Assembly: GCA_964188305.1 (NCBI GenBank)
Contig: OZ076893.1
Source: Podarcis bocagei
Taxonomy: Eukaryota
Strand: one strand, 5' to 3'
DNA length: 64,000 nt
The translations under genes were made by a program, and so were the position numbers. Under the pieces are notes generated by a model. The model was not told where the DNA came from and ran no database searches. It saw only the letters and a list, made by a program, of their open reading frames with translations. Of the stretch, positions 1 through 22,900 are shown in pieces (the stretch's first letter is position 1; every line of letters starts with the position of its first letter).

Positions 1-315
1 AGACTTAGCAAAGTGATGGAGCCATGGCTAAGGTGGGACTCAAACTTAGATCTTCCAGATTCAAGTTGAACAGCTCCATCAGCATCCAAGCTAAAGCCCC
101 CTTCACGCACACAGTGTGTGTGGGAGTCACTTCCATGTGGTGCAATCCCAAGCTGCTGGGGAGCTTTTATATTCAATGCTGAAGTGTAATAAGAGACTAG
201 AACACAGCCTTAGTGACACATATGCATAGCACCTGGGAGATGTTTGCCTGCTACATATGAAATCCTGCTCTTCCTCCAAGCAGCTCGTGGCATTTTGTCC
301 TCGTAACCCCATTTA

Positions 316-760
316 CCATATTTTTCGCCCTATAGGACCCACTTTTTCCCCTCCAAAAATGAAGAGGAAATGTGTGTGCATCCTATGGGGCGAATGCAGG
401 CTTTCGCTGAAGCCTGGAGAGCGAGAGGGGTCGGTGCGCACCGATCCCTCTTGCTCTCCAGGCTTCAGGAAGCTATCCACAAGCCTGAGGAGCCCGCGGG
501 AGTTCCCGCCGGGCTCCCAAGGCTTGCGGACAGCAGCCTGCAGCCCGAAACCCAGGGAGTGCTTCGCAGCGCACCCCGGGCTTCAGGCAACTATCCGCAA
601 GCCTTCTGAGTGCGGCAGGAGTTCCCGACGGGCTCCCAAGGCTTGCGGATAGCAGCCTGTTCTGGGGGCTGGGGGGGAAATAATTTTTTTTCTTTATTTC
701 CCCCCAAAAAAACTAGGTGCGCCCTATGGGCTGGTGCGCCCTATAGGGCGAAAAATACGG
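316..760. mobile_element. Non-autonomous Tc1/mariner-superfamily (Tc2/pogo-like) MITE
   Basis: TIRs CC(A/G)TATTTTTCGCCCTATAGG ... CCTATAGGGCGAAAAATACGG, TA on both sides, internal palindrome and direct repeats. Confidence 0.85.
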
Positions 761-1595
761 TAAGTTAATAAGAGACACAAAGAATGACTTGCACAAGGCA
801 GAGGCAGATTTAGGGCAGTGCAACCAGTTCCCCTGCACTCGTAGCTGAGCCTAGGGGGCGCCACAGGGCATTGCAACTATGACATAGTGAATTGAGCAGA
901 ACAAAGGCAAGAAGCGGAGAGGCGCCAGATTTTTGCCTCACACAGGGTGCTGCTGAAAGACCAAACTCCATCCCTGCACAAGGAGAGCTCCATAGCTAAG
1001 CAGGCAATAGAAATAGAAAGCCACCTACTCCGAAGTAAAACTCTAACCATTGTACTATATTGGCTTTCTGGCAAGAAGACTGCTAAGAACCTGGCTTTCA
1101 ACTTTATGCCAGCAGAGCAGGGACTTGCAACTTAAAAACAACCACCAAGGAATCACTTTTCAGAATAATGGACTGTGAGAAGGGTCCATACTAAGGGGAA
1201 ATAGCTGTGCCAAGTAAGTGGAATTTGTATTTGGCATTGTACTACTTGCATTAGTAGTAGTTGATTTAATATATTTTTTTAGCAAATTTAACAAGGAAAA
1301 GGAGAGAAAGGAAAAAACATGGGGGAATTAAAGGAAAGGAAAAAAGAAAGAGAAAAAAATGATACACAAAGAATACTAATATCAACAGTAACAAAAAGCC
1401 ACCATCAGTATACGTTGTAGATACAGTGACCATCAGTCACTTATCAGTCATTTATTCTAAAAAATAAAACTCACCTCCCAACTTCTCCATTGCTACCTCG
1501 CAGCTCAGTGTTATGCTTGGAGCATAGTGCTCCTAATGTGAAAGCCTTGGGCTCACCAGGCATCAATAGAAGCCTTTTCTTTTCTAATAGGCTCT

Positions 1596-1752
1596 AGCCA
1601 TAACTCAGTAGGAAAGCTTTGCATGAAGAAGGTTGCAGGTTCAATTCCTGGCATCTGCAGGTAGGACTGGGAAAGACCCCTTTAAGAAAGAGCAATGGCC
1701 AGTCAGTGTAGAGACTAATGGTCCAACTCAGTCTAAGGCAGCTTTCTATGAG
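1596..1752 (+). mobile_element. Degenerate tRNA-derived SINE (Squam3-like)
   Basis: Box A/B-like head (taactcagtagg...ggttcaattcctggcatct) and tail gccagtcagtgtaga...aaggcagctttctatg. Confidence 0.6.
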
Positions 1753-4700
1753 TTAGCGTAAACTGCAAGGTGGCCACTTATGCATCACCAAAAGACATAC
1801 ACAGAGAGAGATTTGTCACCAAAAAGAGGACAAAAACTGCCCTGTGGGAAGAATTCTGAAAGAAAGGGCTGGAGGTGAAGACCACCTCTCAGGGATTGGT
1901 CCAGCTGCACTCTCCTTCCCACAGGGTGATCTTCCACCAACTGTCCTGTGGGAATGATTCTAATGAGTTTTTAAGAAGTTAATATTGTTTATTATGCTTA
2001 CAAACTATGTAATTGAATATTACTTGTAAGCTCCCTTGGTAGAGTTTACACCATGAAAGGCAAGATCCAACTAATTGTAATAATAAAAGATAGATTTGCA
2101 TATGTTAATTTCTTTGATTAACCCATTTATAAATCTTCTAAATAAGTGCATAGATGCAAATTCAGGAATAATTTATTATAATTTCAGCAGAAATGCAATA
2201 CATCCTGCCATAGTGGAGAAGACCAAAACCTGGTGACTTGCATGCCTGCTCAGTCTGTTGCCCAGCTGATGAAAGAACCATAAGTGGCCCATCTGTGCTT
2301 TATCTTTAAACCTTGGACTGGACCTCTCAGGGTCTTTCAAACATAGGACTGACCTCTAAAAGTTGGTATCTTTTTTATGTAACATGAGGCAGGTTTGCTA
2401 CAGCCCTTCAAAAGGAGACACACATTAACCCTGAGGACTAGGAGGGCTGTGCAGAGACTGTGGCACATAGTCCTACAATTTAGACCACACTTTTTTCTCC
2501 ATTTGCTGTGTTCATGGAAATGTCAGCACCTTCTTGTGCCTCATTCAAATTAGTATTTCCTCAAGCAGCCCCATAAATGGGGTTAGGGAAGAGAATTACT
2601 CCTCTCCCTATGTCCAACCAACCCTTCAGAATCCACCATCTGAGAATACTGGTCTCTCCCAACACCAGAGTTGGGAGGCACACTGGGTAGAATGATTTTC
2701 CTGGTTTAATGAACAGTTTGGTTTAATCAATATTTGCTTGCTGCATTATCTGTAGCTCACTAATCTCTTGGCTGCTTTCTGCCATTCCATGGGGAGAAGC
2801 AACTCTCCTCCTTTTATTCTCTTCTCCACCCCACCCCATTTAGTACAGTAGAACAAGAGCTATTGGCGGGGGGGGGGGGCAGGGAAAGAGGATGAAAACA
2901 TCTGAACATTTGGTGTCATGCTGGACTCAGCTAAAGGGCAGCAGATGTCACTGGGATGGCTTTTGTTGTGCTGCAAGTGGCCAGCCTGAGCTTTAAGGGC
3001 CATATTACTGTTTTAGCTGCTCTATTGTCATTCATGTTTCAGGGAGACAATCCCCATCCCATCCCTGTTTAAGATCCCAACAAAACATCTGAGATTGCCA
3101 GAAGCCTCTGCGGCTTGTGCTTAGATCACTTCTTGTTTTACATTTAAAATACTCTTGTGGGTAGAATGCAAAACAGTGAAAATAAGTTCTTTTTCTACAG
3201 GTTTGTTTAGGAAGCCACCATTGCTGTGTAACCCAACCATTTATAGAATATCACTCTTATATCTGATGACATGTTTCATGGTTTTTGGAGTTTGCATGGA
3301 TGGAGTTATTTCTTTATAAAGTTTGTTGAACTGATTTTATTATTCTTAAAGAGTTTTGTTTTGTTTTTACCTGTAAACTGCTTCAGTGGTCTTTATATAC
3401 CAGGAAGTGGTCTATAAATTTGTATAATGATAATTGGAATAGTTTCACTGTGATGGCTTTCTCCTGGAACTTGTGCAGTACTTTTCTTCAATGGATCAAC
3501 AGATCGAAGAAAGATATTCAACACCTCAAATTGAGAATGATGTGGAAATATGCCTACATTCAGGTTTTCCAGAGATAAATCAATGATAAATGTGTATTAT
3601 CCAGCATTTTATTACAATCTATTCTCCTCTTGGCCTTTCGAGCATCTAATATTTGCAAGCTAGCAAACAAAAAGAGTGGCCTCAGATCTGAGCTACCTCT
3701 GAGTCAGTGCTGAACTGTACACTAATGGGTGACTGACCAACATCATCTGTTGGGGGGTAGAATCAGCTGCAAGGATACTTGTGCATCAAATGAAAGCAGA
3801 AAAGTGAGAACAGACACCCGAGCTAACCACAGACTCAGCCATTATTACAACACTTAATTTTTGGTCCCCTCCTGACTTTCCCATAGAATGTTCTTTGAAT
3901 TATGGAGGAAGTGGTAAACGGGCCCTTTATGAAATATTTCTTAGACAGAAGTTTGATAATTAAGGTGTAGACAATGCTGTTCACTGGGCTGCTGTCAGGG
4001 CAAACTGGTTTTAAATGTGTTTTGAGGTATTTTAATTATTGTTTGCAACTAGCTTGTTTTTTTATTTAATGTGCTGTGTTTAAATATTATAAGCCACCTT
4101 GAATACCAGTTTGGGGGGAAAGGAGGGATATAAATCTATTAAATTTAAAAATTAATTAAGTGCAACCCTGATATCTCCCAATTTAACTCAACTAATTGCA
4201 CACACAAACACTCCTCCTCTAAAGATGTAGCTAAAGAGGCCATCACCACTCTGAGGCTGTTGTTTAACAATCAGACAGTACAAATTCTATGAAATAAATA
4301 GACAGGGTCCCCTCCTGCTTCCTTATATATTGTGTCCATTTCTGCAGCTGCTTCTTTCCATTTGACCCAATGCAATTCCCTGCTCTGTTTTAGGGTTATC
4401 ATTGGATACTGCTTGAACAAAGGAAAAAAACTGAAAACCATCTTGTCTAATACAGCTAGATATATCTCACATATACACACTTTACAAGAGTTTATACATA
4501 CGCAACCTTAGTTTCAGTATACTGTACAAGATGGGAATGGGAATGAATCAAAAGCTACCTTTTTAAAAGGTTGATGTGTTTCTGTCAAAAAGTACGATAA
4601 GAAAATTAATTTAAGGAGGAACATCTAAAACATACACTTGGAGCAAGTCCCCTGGGCTGGACACCTAAAGAGCTGTTGCTTCTTGCCAGGAACAATTAAA

Positions 4701-5173
4701 ACTCGCTTCTACAAAGTTTCTGCCTGATCAGCCCATGGAGCTGTCCAGGGTACTTATTTCAGTCCTGAACTAATGTCATAATTGTTCATGATGCATAACT
4801 GGTCAATGTGTTTTAGGGTTTTCAAGTTATTTCTGCAGTCTGGTTCTAGGGAAAATGTATGTCATGACTCTGGGCCTATTGGTAGCAAATAAAAGACTAG
4901 GTAGCTAATTAGTTTTTAAATAAAATTTATTTTTATCCCACTCTTCTACATCAAGCATTCAGGACATTTCACAAGTAAAAAACACAAATCAAACATAAAA
5001 ATTAGAACAGAAGCAACACACAAAAACTAGAACAGAATAGTGTCAGAACAAAACATTGAACAGATGGGCTCTATGCCAGAATGTGGGGACACCCAAGACA
5101 GATTCAGAGATCATGCAGACTGGTTGGAAAGGAGACAGAACAAGTAGTATGTGGGTCCTAATCTAGGATTGGG

Positions 5174-5213
5174 CAGACTTCAGGTTTGTTGGACAGACTT
5201 CAGGTTTGTTGGA
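5174..5213. repeat. 20-bp perfect tandem duplication
   Basis: cagacttcaggtttgttgga x2. Confidence 0.9.
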
Positions 5214-7810
5214 ACTACTTTGTTTTTTAGTAGAACCCCAAAATTTACTAGCAAGAGCCAGACTAAACCTTATAAGTAAAAAAGAGAGGGAGGCTGCCTC
5301 TGAGTACATTCTGAGCCTAGGCATTTATTTTTTTCAGTAGCAGAACTGAACTTTATTCATCGTCTTCATATTATTTCTGTGTAGCTCTCTTTATCTGGCA
5401 GTCTAATTCAGGTGGGGAAAGTCATTTTGTTAGTGGTACCAATGTTCAAAACAAATTGGGAGTCAGAAATCCTTGCAGATCTACTAAAAAGCATCTATCA
5501 GATGATCCAGAACTATCTTCAGCTTACCCCAAACCATGTAGGGGAAGTTGAAAGTACAAATTGAGCTCAGTTGGAAACATTTAAGCACTAGCAAGCTACA
5601 ACCCCCCAATGCCAGGTCCCAATTAGCATCCCAGCAACTGTGCTCAGAACTAACTACAGTATCAAAATTCAAAAGCTTTTCCAAGGGCTGCACCACATAC
5701 AGCAGTTCATTACATCTGAGGTCCCCAAGGATCTCGATGCTACAGCACATCTGTTCAAATATTACAAAACATAGACAAACATGCAAAAGGCAAGAAACAA
5801 AGCTAAAACACAACTCTAGTCATTCAGTCTTCCACGTACTCTACAAATCTTAACATTCATGTAAAGAATTTTTATGTATATTTTATGCTTACAGGATTTC
5901 ATTTTACCCACCAAAACAAGACAGACATCATTTTGAGCAGCAATAATAAATAGATCAGTGCAAGTCACTAACATTTGTATACCCAAATGTAAAATTACAT
6001 TTAACTTCCAACAGCAACACACAGTCACACCGTATTTAAAGAGTAAGGCAACTCTCAAGCCACAATCACAAACATTCCAGCCCATATTTCTTATACTTAT
6101 GCGCAAAGCCTACATAAAGTACAATTTGCTGTAGATTATGTTTGAACAATACTTCATAAACTTTGTATTTCCTTCCCCACTTTAAGAGAGCTATCGTTTA
6201 AAAGTGTTGCCTCAGTATTAAGCACGGGATGAATTTTGAGATTTGTTAAAGAAAATTGCGCACATTTACAAAAATTCAATAGTGTAATTTTAAAAAGAAA
6301 TATACTTGCTGATGTGTTGCCACTCTGTTCTCCAGCAATGAGCTGGTGGATGCCCTAGCCTCGTGACAAATGGGCTGGCACACTGGACAGGAAGGGAGGT
6401 GGGCAATAGCTTAGAGCCCAAAGGAGAGCATCCTTGACATAGAGCCAAAAAGTGTCCAAGCAGACAGGTAAGGGGCAGCAAGTTAACAGATGAGTGAATG
6501 GCTGGCAGCTAGTAACACCACAACTACCCTTTTTGTGGGTAACTGTAGTAAGAATAGAACAGGGTTGGAAGTGATTTTAGCAATTCTCCCTCCCTATGCC
6601 ACCACCCCATTTGCTCCAGTGAAGATTTGGGGTGTGTGCAGAGAGCAGGAGAAATAGCTGAAAACTGCTTCCTTCCCTGTTCTGCTGACAGAAGGCTTAA
6701 CATCCACTGAGCAACACCACTGAATACAACCCAATACCCCTAGTAACACATTCACAAACCTTTCAAATTCTAGCAGCACAAAAACATAGAAATGAGCCAG
6801 CGAAAATTACATACATTCTCTTTTTTAAAAATTGACAGCAAATACAATGTATTGGAAGTGCAGAAATATTTGCCATAATTAAACATTGTGTTTTAATTTG
6901 GCATCGGTGGTTACTAAAATGTCTTTGGCATCTCAGGATCAAATCTTCTGGATTCTTCTGGGTAATCTCCATCTCAGTAGTTGTTTGCCCTAGCACTCCC
7001 CTGAAACCAGGCCCTCTCCTCAGGTGATCAGGAGAACCTGGTTTTCATTTCCACCTTTCACAATGCAGGTAAAAACAAAGTTCTCCCCACCCCTTATCCA
7101 AAGGGAGTGGAATGTCATTTTCACACCACCACATCTTATAGGATCCAATCAACTGATGGGCCATCTCCCATTGCAATGTGTTGGGAAGGGTGTGAAAGTG
7201 TGTTGAAAAACCTCCCTTCCTAACACACTGTGATGGGGTTGAAACCTGCTGCTTCCTGAGCTGATTATGGTGGGATCAGTCAAGGAATGGCTGGTTTTCA
7301 TCCCCACTGCAATGTTAAGAGTGTTGTCTAAAGCCCTCATTCCATTCACTCGATTTATGCTTGAACAATGGAAATTTCTCCTTCTCTTCCTCCCCAGTTT
7401 GTTCAAGAATTAGGAGAACCCCCATAAAAGATTGGGGGGGCATGCGAAGGGAAGAGTGGAGAGTTCTGTTGCACAAGCAGAAATTTTGCACTAAGGGAAT
7501 GAATGACTTAGCACTGCTCAGCTGTTTTGCACAAATCAGCTGAAAGGGTGGGGGATGAGAACGGGGGAGTGATTGGTGTGTGTGTTTTGAGCAGGGCAGA
7601 AAATAGTGTGGCACCACTTTGGCCCTCAGAGCATGGGGATAGGTTCCTCATGCCTGTACTAATAGGTGAAGATCACACTCTGAGCAGTTGTATATAGTTG
7701 TATCTCTCATTATCTCTGTTGGGTGGGTAGTGCTAAATTAAAACCGACGCATTACAGAAAATGCCACACAGATGTCCAAATGGTTAGCAACCTATTCGTT
7801 AGCTTTCTGG

Positions 7811-17524
<9,714 letters not shown>

Positions 17525-17642
17525 CGAGGAGCGCGGCGCGGTGGAAAGCGCGGGAACCTGTGGGGAGAAATAATAAGGCAGGGGGGGCGTGAGAGGCAGC
17601 GCGCGCCTCGGGGAGGGCAGGGAGGGGGAGGGGAGGGGCTAC

Positions 17643-17797
17643 CTGCTGGAGGAAAAGGTGCTCATGGAGACTCGTCGTGGGGTGCATTGTGGCCAGAGAG
17701 CTGAGGGAACGAAGGAAGGTCCACTTTTCCTCAGGCACAGTGGAGCTGAGGTTACCTCAGCTACTGTCAAGTTTCCGTCCCCGGAGGCTTATATAAG
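17643..17797 (-). promoter_or_regulatory. PRDM14 proximal promoter: TATA box (17788-17797) and putative exon 1 (about 17765-17643)
   Basis: Palindromic CTTATATAAG inside a CpG island; donor CAG|gtagcc after 17643; 85-nt intron to the exon 2 acceptor. The TSS is inferred from TATA spacing only. Confidence 0.6.
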
Positions 17798-18936
17798 GCC
17801 TCCCGATCACTTCCCCGTCAGGGAAACGCTCTCCGCCCTATTGTCCCGAGACCCTTTCATAAGTCCCCACCCACCGAGGACTCTCCCGGAGGGTCGTCAT
17901 CTGTGGGGTGTGGCGGGAACACCCAAAGCGAACACGAGGGGCTAATGCGAGGCAAATGGACACGAAACAACAGGAGCCCCAGCTGTGACAAGTCCAGGAA
18001 CGCTTCCTGCACCGAGGAAGGGAGCGCCAGTTATCGACAGAATACAGATAAACAACCATATCTTAATCCTAAGCATGGCTTCTCAAAAAGTCTGCTCAGA
18101 AATAAGCCTCGCCGAGTTCAATGGTCCTTACTCCCAGGTGTTTCGGGGTCGCGACCTTCTTCCCGCCATCTCCCCTCGAGCTTCGCTTTTTGGCGGGCTT
18201 CTAGTCTGTCACTCTCTTTGCTCGCAGCCTGAACCTTTCCTCAGGTGTCCAAGTGGATTCGTGAACCTACCGATTCCACATGAGAATGTGGGGTGCTGGG
18301 GGGGAGCCCCATCCCCATGGATTAGGGAGACTTTCTTCCGAGGGGACCAGAGAGCAATATTAACCTTCGTGCGAAAAATCCATCCTGGGACACCTTTCAT
18401 CACCGCACCATTTCCACAAAAACAGACCCGCCACACCGTCCTCTTAATGATTGCCATCTGCAGGGTGGTTTTAAACCACTTTCCTAAATTCCAGCCCTTC
18501 ACCATTTACAGTGCTTGGGAGCCAGAAACATTCAAAATAAATCACTGGGGGGAGGGGATGTAATAAGTAATAAAAAAATCTCCCCATGCTGCTTTTCACG
18601 GGGTAGAATAAGTAAGGGGAGGAAATGCCTGTCAGTGTTCATTTTTTAGTTTCCCATATCATGCTAGGCTTATTTCTGAATAAAGCTGCCTAAGATGAGG
18701 CTGTAAACGCATCTTGGAAGAATAAGCTCCTTTGAACTCGGATGGAGCTACTCGCGAGCAAACACTCCTAGGGACTGCACTGGAAGGGATCTGTGACTTT
18801 GGGAAAGCTCTGGTCCAGGAAAGCGGCGCTTCGTGGTCTTGCTCCCGCAGGTCTCCTCGCCCTGACGGCGCTCCCTTTCCGCCAAACCTCGAGGAGCGCC
18901 TCCGCAAGCAGCTCTCGCAGAGGCGGCGCTCCCCAC

Positions 18937-18986
18937 CATAGCTGTCAAGGATTCCTCGCAAGAAAAGGGGAAAGTTGACAGCTATG
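18937..18986. mobile_element. 50-bp miniature hAT element
   Basis: TIR CATAGCTGTCAA/TTGACAGCTATG; perfect 8-bp TSD ctccccac. Confidence 0.85.
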
Positions 18987-19834
18987 CTCCCCACTGGCCA
19001 GGACCAGCTGAAATGCCCCCTTCTGCAGCGGACCCAAAAGAGATGCAGCCGCCCAACCTCCTGAAAGACGTCGGATTGCGCACAGAGGAGGCCCTGCTGC
19101 GCTGCGATCCTGACCACCCTTTTCTTCTTTGGGAGATAAGTCCCATTGAGCTCCACGGCAGAGGCGCCCTTCTGGGAATGAATAAGCTAAACAGAGACAC
19201 TAAAAAGCGAGGGATGCTATTCAGAATCCATGCGGGGAAAGTTACTCTGCCTATGAAATAAAAATGACTCCAGGGACCAGCGGTGGGTTAAAGACTCCTT
19301 GATGCTCCCTACTTAACCATCAGTGAGATCTTTACAGGGACTTGTGGTCCACGTCTGGGATCTGGCCCACTGCAGTAGCAGGGCTTGCTGTCGTCCCAGA
19401 ACCTCCCTGCTTTCTTGCCCTAGAGACCCAGGACCAGTGTCGCCAGCCCAGCCACCTCCTCTTCTGGAGCGAGGACACCAGCACCAGTCCTTCCCGTCAG
19501 ATCTGGCTCTCCATCGCTGGCAAGGGACAGAGGGGGCCGTAAGCTTCCTACTCCGCTTAAGCAACGAGCACCTCCCAAGGGCAGAAGCGGGCCTTCGCAG
19601 GGCAGATCTGCCCCGGCTGGCCGGCAGGCTCGAGTGGGAGGCAGGCGAGACGCCTTGGACTAAGGAGCGGTCCTCGCCCCGCAGCTAAAGTCGCAATACT
19701 CTTCCCAAACACCTGCAGAAAGCAGCATCCCTTCTCTCCTAGTAATTCTGCTGGCAAAAGTGATCTGGCGCTCGCTCTAGAACTGGAGTCACTCCGATTT
19801 TCTTTGGCAGGCATCTACACTAGCAGGTGTTTGG

Positions 19835-19929
19835 CATAGCTGTCAACTTTCCCCTTTTCTTGCGAGGAATCCTATTCGGAATAAGGGAATTTCCCTTAAA
19901 AAGGGGGGGGGGGAACGTTGACAGCTATG
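19835..19929. mobile_element. 95-bp miniature hAT element, same family
   Basis: TIR CATAGCTGTCAAC/GTTGACAGCTATG; perfect 8-bp TSD gtgtttgg. Confidence 0.88.
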
Positions 19930-22900
19930 GTGTTTGGACGCCTCCCGCTCCCCGGCAACGTCAGAGGCTCCCGGGATGGAAGGCAGCCAGGCAAGGAAGG
20001 GAAGTTTGCTGCCCGCAGCTGCTACTCACTCCGGAGTTGCTCAACTTGCTCCGCGACGGTTCTTCTGGCCGCCCCTCGACGCTGCGCCTACCAGAAGCGG
20101 CTGCTTAAGGAGGAGCCACGTGTGCCTTGCGGGCAGATGGTGCTCCAAGGATGCTCGCCGGGAGGAGGCGGGCGGGGAGATGCAAGTCTCTCTCCGACCA
20201 CCACCTTCGCCCGCCTCCTTAGACGGCACCAGCTATTGGTCAAAGACCGGCTTGCTTAGAGGAGAGGAGGAGGAGGAAGGTGGCGAGCCTTCGCTCCGCA
20301 TCACATCTCAGCAATGACTGCCCAAGATGCAACCGGCACTGACGCTCAGTTTTGTTTCCAACTCTCTTCCGCTCTCCCTACATCAACAGCGTTTACTACA
20401 TGAAGTGTTCAAAAAGAGAAATACAAAAGGAGGTCTTGTCAATTTGTACTGTGAAAACATCCGTAGTCCTACCTTCACCAGGGAAGGTTAAAATAAACCA
20501 AAGGAAAAGGAGCGTTCATCCGAGATCTCTCAAAGATGAGGAGCTCCTTAGCATCCAGTTGTACCCAGCCCATTCTCTCAGCCAAGGACCACTCATCTTT
20601 GAGTGTCAATAGCTGGGGGGGGAGGGGGCTGGGAAAGCGGGGGTGGTGGTGGTGTTGAGGCACAAAATGGCACCAAACTTTGGCACTGGTTTGGAGTCAA
20701 TGGGACAAGGATGGATTTTTGACTTGTGACTCCGATTTGTTTTGTCAATTACTCGGTTTGGGGAGTCGCACAAAACGCGGGGTTTGCAGCACAAAACTTT
20801 GGCATCAGTTGTGGGGGGCGATCCTGAAATTCGGAACCACAGATTAATAAGCCTTATCTGGAGGCTTATGGGAGAAGCGGGAATCGCGACAGCGATGGTA
20901 AAGAACGATCAACTAGCTGTAAATTACCGTACAGTGTGCCGCATTCCGTTTATGTGACATGTCAGGAAAAAGGTTACCGGTACTTGTGTGACTGTCACTT
21001 GCTCGTTCGTACTTTTCCTTCTGACTTCACCGTTTACACCTCCTCCCCGCAACAGCATATGGAAGCATATTGTACTTTCAACACAGGAAAACATTTCATG
21101 CATCTGAATGGTCCACGATATCTTATGCCGGAATAAATCTGATAACCTTCAAAGTGCCCCCCCCCAAATAAACTAATACGGTAATCTTATTGGGAAATGC
21201 AAGAAACCGTGCGACATGATCGCATCCAGTTTCGCCCATCACACTTCCCGGCGGTTGCTCTGCGAACATATTCCTGAGAATAAACCAATTTAACACGGTG
21301 GGGCTCCTTATTGAGCAGTTTTGTATAAGATTGTGCCGCATGAGGCGTTTTCTGGGCAAACATTGTTTCCTAAGGGTAGAACCTCCCAAAGGGGAGGCGA
21401 AGGACAAAGGCATTGCCTGGGAATAAAGACGGCGGCCAAAATAAATAAAAATAATAATACATATTTGGAACAGAGGAAGAGATAACTACTTGACTGTAAG
21501 TTCCAACCGCGTTCTGTCCCCTTAATTCCCCGCACCCGCCTCCAAAGTGTCTGATCTACTTTTAATGTTGCAAAAGGGGTTTTATTGAATAGGAGGAGCT
21601 GCCGAGAGATTCTCCAAAGGAAGGTGGCCGTGGAAGCGCTTCTTGTTTTCTCCCTTTTCTCCCTACGAACATTTGAGTTTGAGAAAACGCACAGATACCT
21701 ACCAGCAGCTGCTAGTGTAGCCAGATGGAAGAAAGGAGGCGGAGTTGTAGAAGACGGGATTTTATTAGGGGTAGTTTGCCACGTGACCTACTACACCTGC
21801 TGAAATCAACACAACTGTTAATTGTGTTCCTCCCCATTTTCCTTAGCCTTCCTCCCGGTAGCACAAACACCCACGTGTGAATCAGGTTGAGGTAATAGGA
21901 ACATTCCCCAATTTACATCCCTCCCTTTCAGAATTATTTAACTGGAGGGTAGGCTGGAATCATAGATCAGTTTGCCCAGAATAAAATATTTGGGGGGTTT
22001 TTTCTTAAAGAGAAAGAACACGCGCGCATTTTAAAGCGTTTTACGAACTGTCAAGAGAATTCCCCGACTTTTTAATGTGCTTTGCGACCATTTACAGCCT
22101 ACGTTTTCCCTATTGTTCCTTAAAGGGTCCAGGAAGTCTTTGTCCATTTCATCCTGGCTCATCTCTGGTTTCAACCGAAAATGACAGAGCGACAGGAAGC
22201 CCTATCAATTTAATAAAAAACACCGACGGCCTCCAAATTTTGCAGCCCTCTGGTGAAACTAGCAAAGGTAAGGGAACCTTTGATAATGTAACTGATGTCG
22301 GTTATAACTTAAATAAGGGACAAGGGAGATAAAGCGAAAAGGTTTTCTTTTGCATTGTAATTTTCACCCACCAGGGGTGCCAACTTGAATAAAACATTGG
22401 GGCGGGGTGCAGATAAGCCCCGCCACACATAACTGATCACAAGAGTGGCGCACGCGCATCATTTTAATGGCAATGCCCATCAGCTTTGGGTGTGTTCACA
22501 GTCATGGAAAAATTAGGAGAAATCACGTTAGGGAGCGTTGCCCGTTAAGAACACAAACTCTTCTACACATACAAATGTGTTAGGCCGGCAGCTGTGAACA
22601 ATGGCGTGTGAAAGTCTCAAAATGCGGCTCAGAAACTTTGGACTAGGGGGTCCAGCCACTTTTTCACAATGAGACAAAGACGCAGGAAGGTTGGCATAAA
22701 AAAAATCAACCCCCCCCCACCCCCGCATTGCCATCAATCAAACAAAGATCTGATACAAGAACATTTAAAGACTAAGGAGTTGTATAAGGAGTTGTATGTG
22801 GACTAAAATCCATTGAGTCCAGTAGGTTTACTCTGAGTATGATGTCAGCTACAACCCGGCCTACGTTACTTTCACGCGGGCACACCAACAGCGGGAATGA

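Noticed and set aside
4270-7810. Defined PRDM14 3' UTR end and poly(A) site
   Set aside because: Several AATAAA-like candidates on the minus strand; none can be chosen from sequence alone.
17985-20317. Many 60-190 aa ORFs on both strands upstream of PRDM14
   Set aside because: Expected from stop-codon scarcity in GC-rich DNA; no recognisable domains, and they run across MITE insertions.
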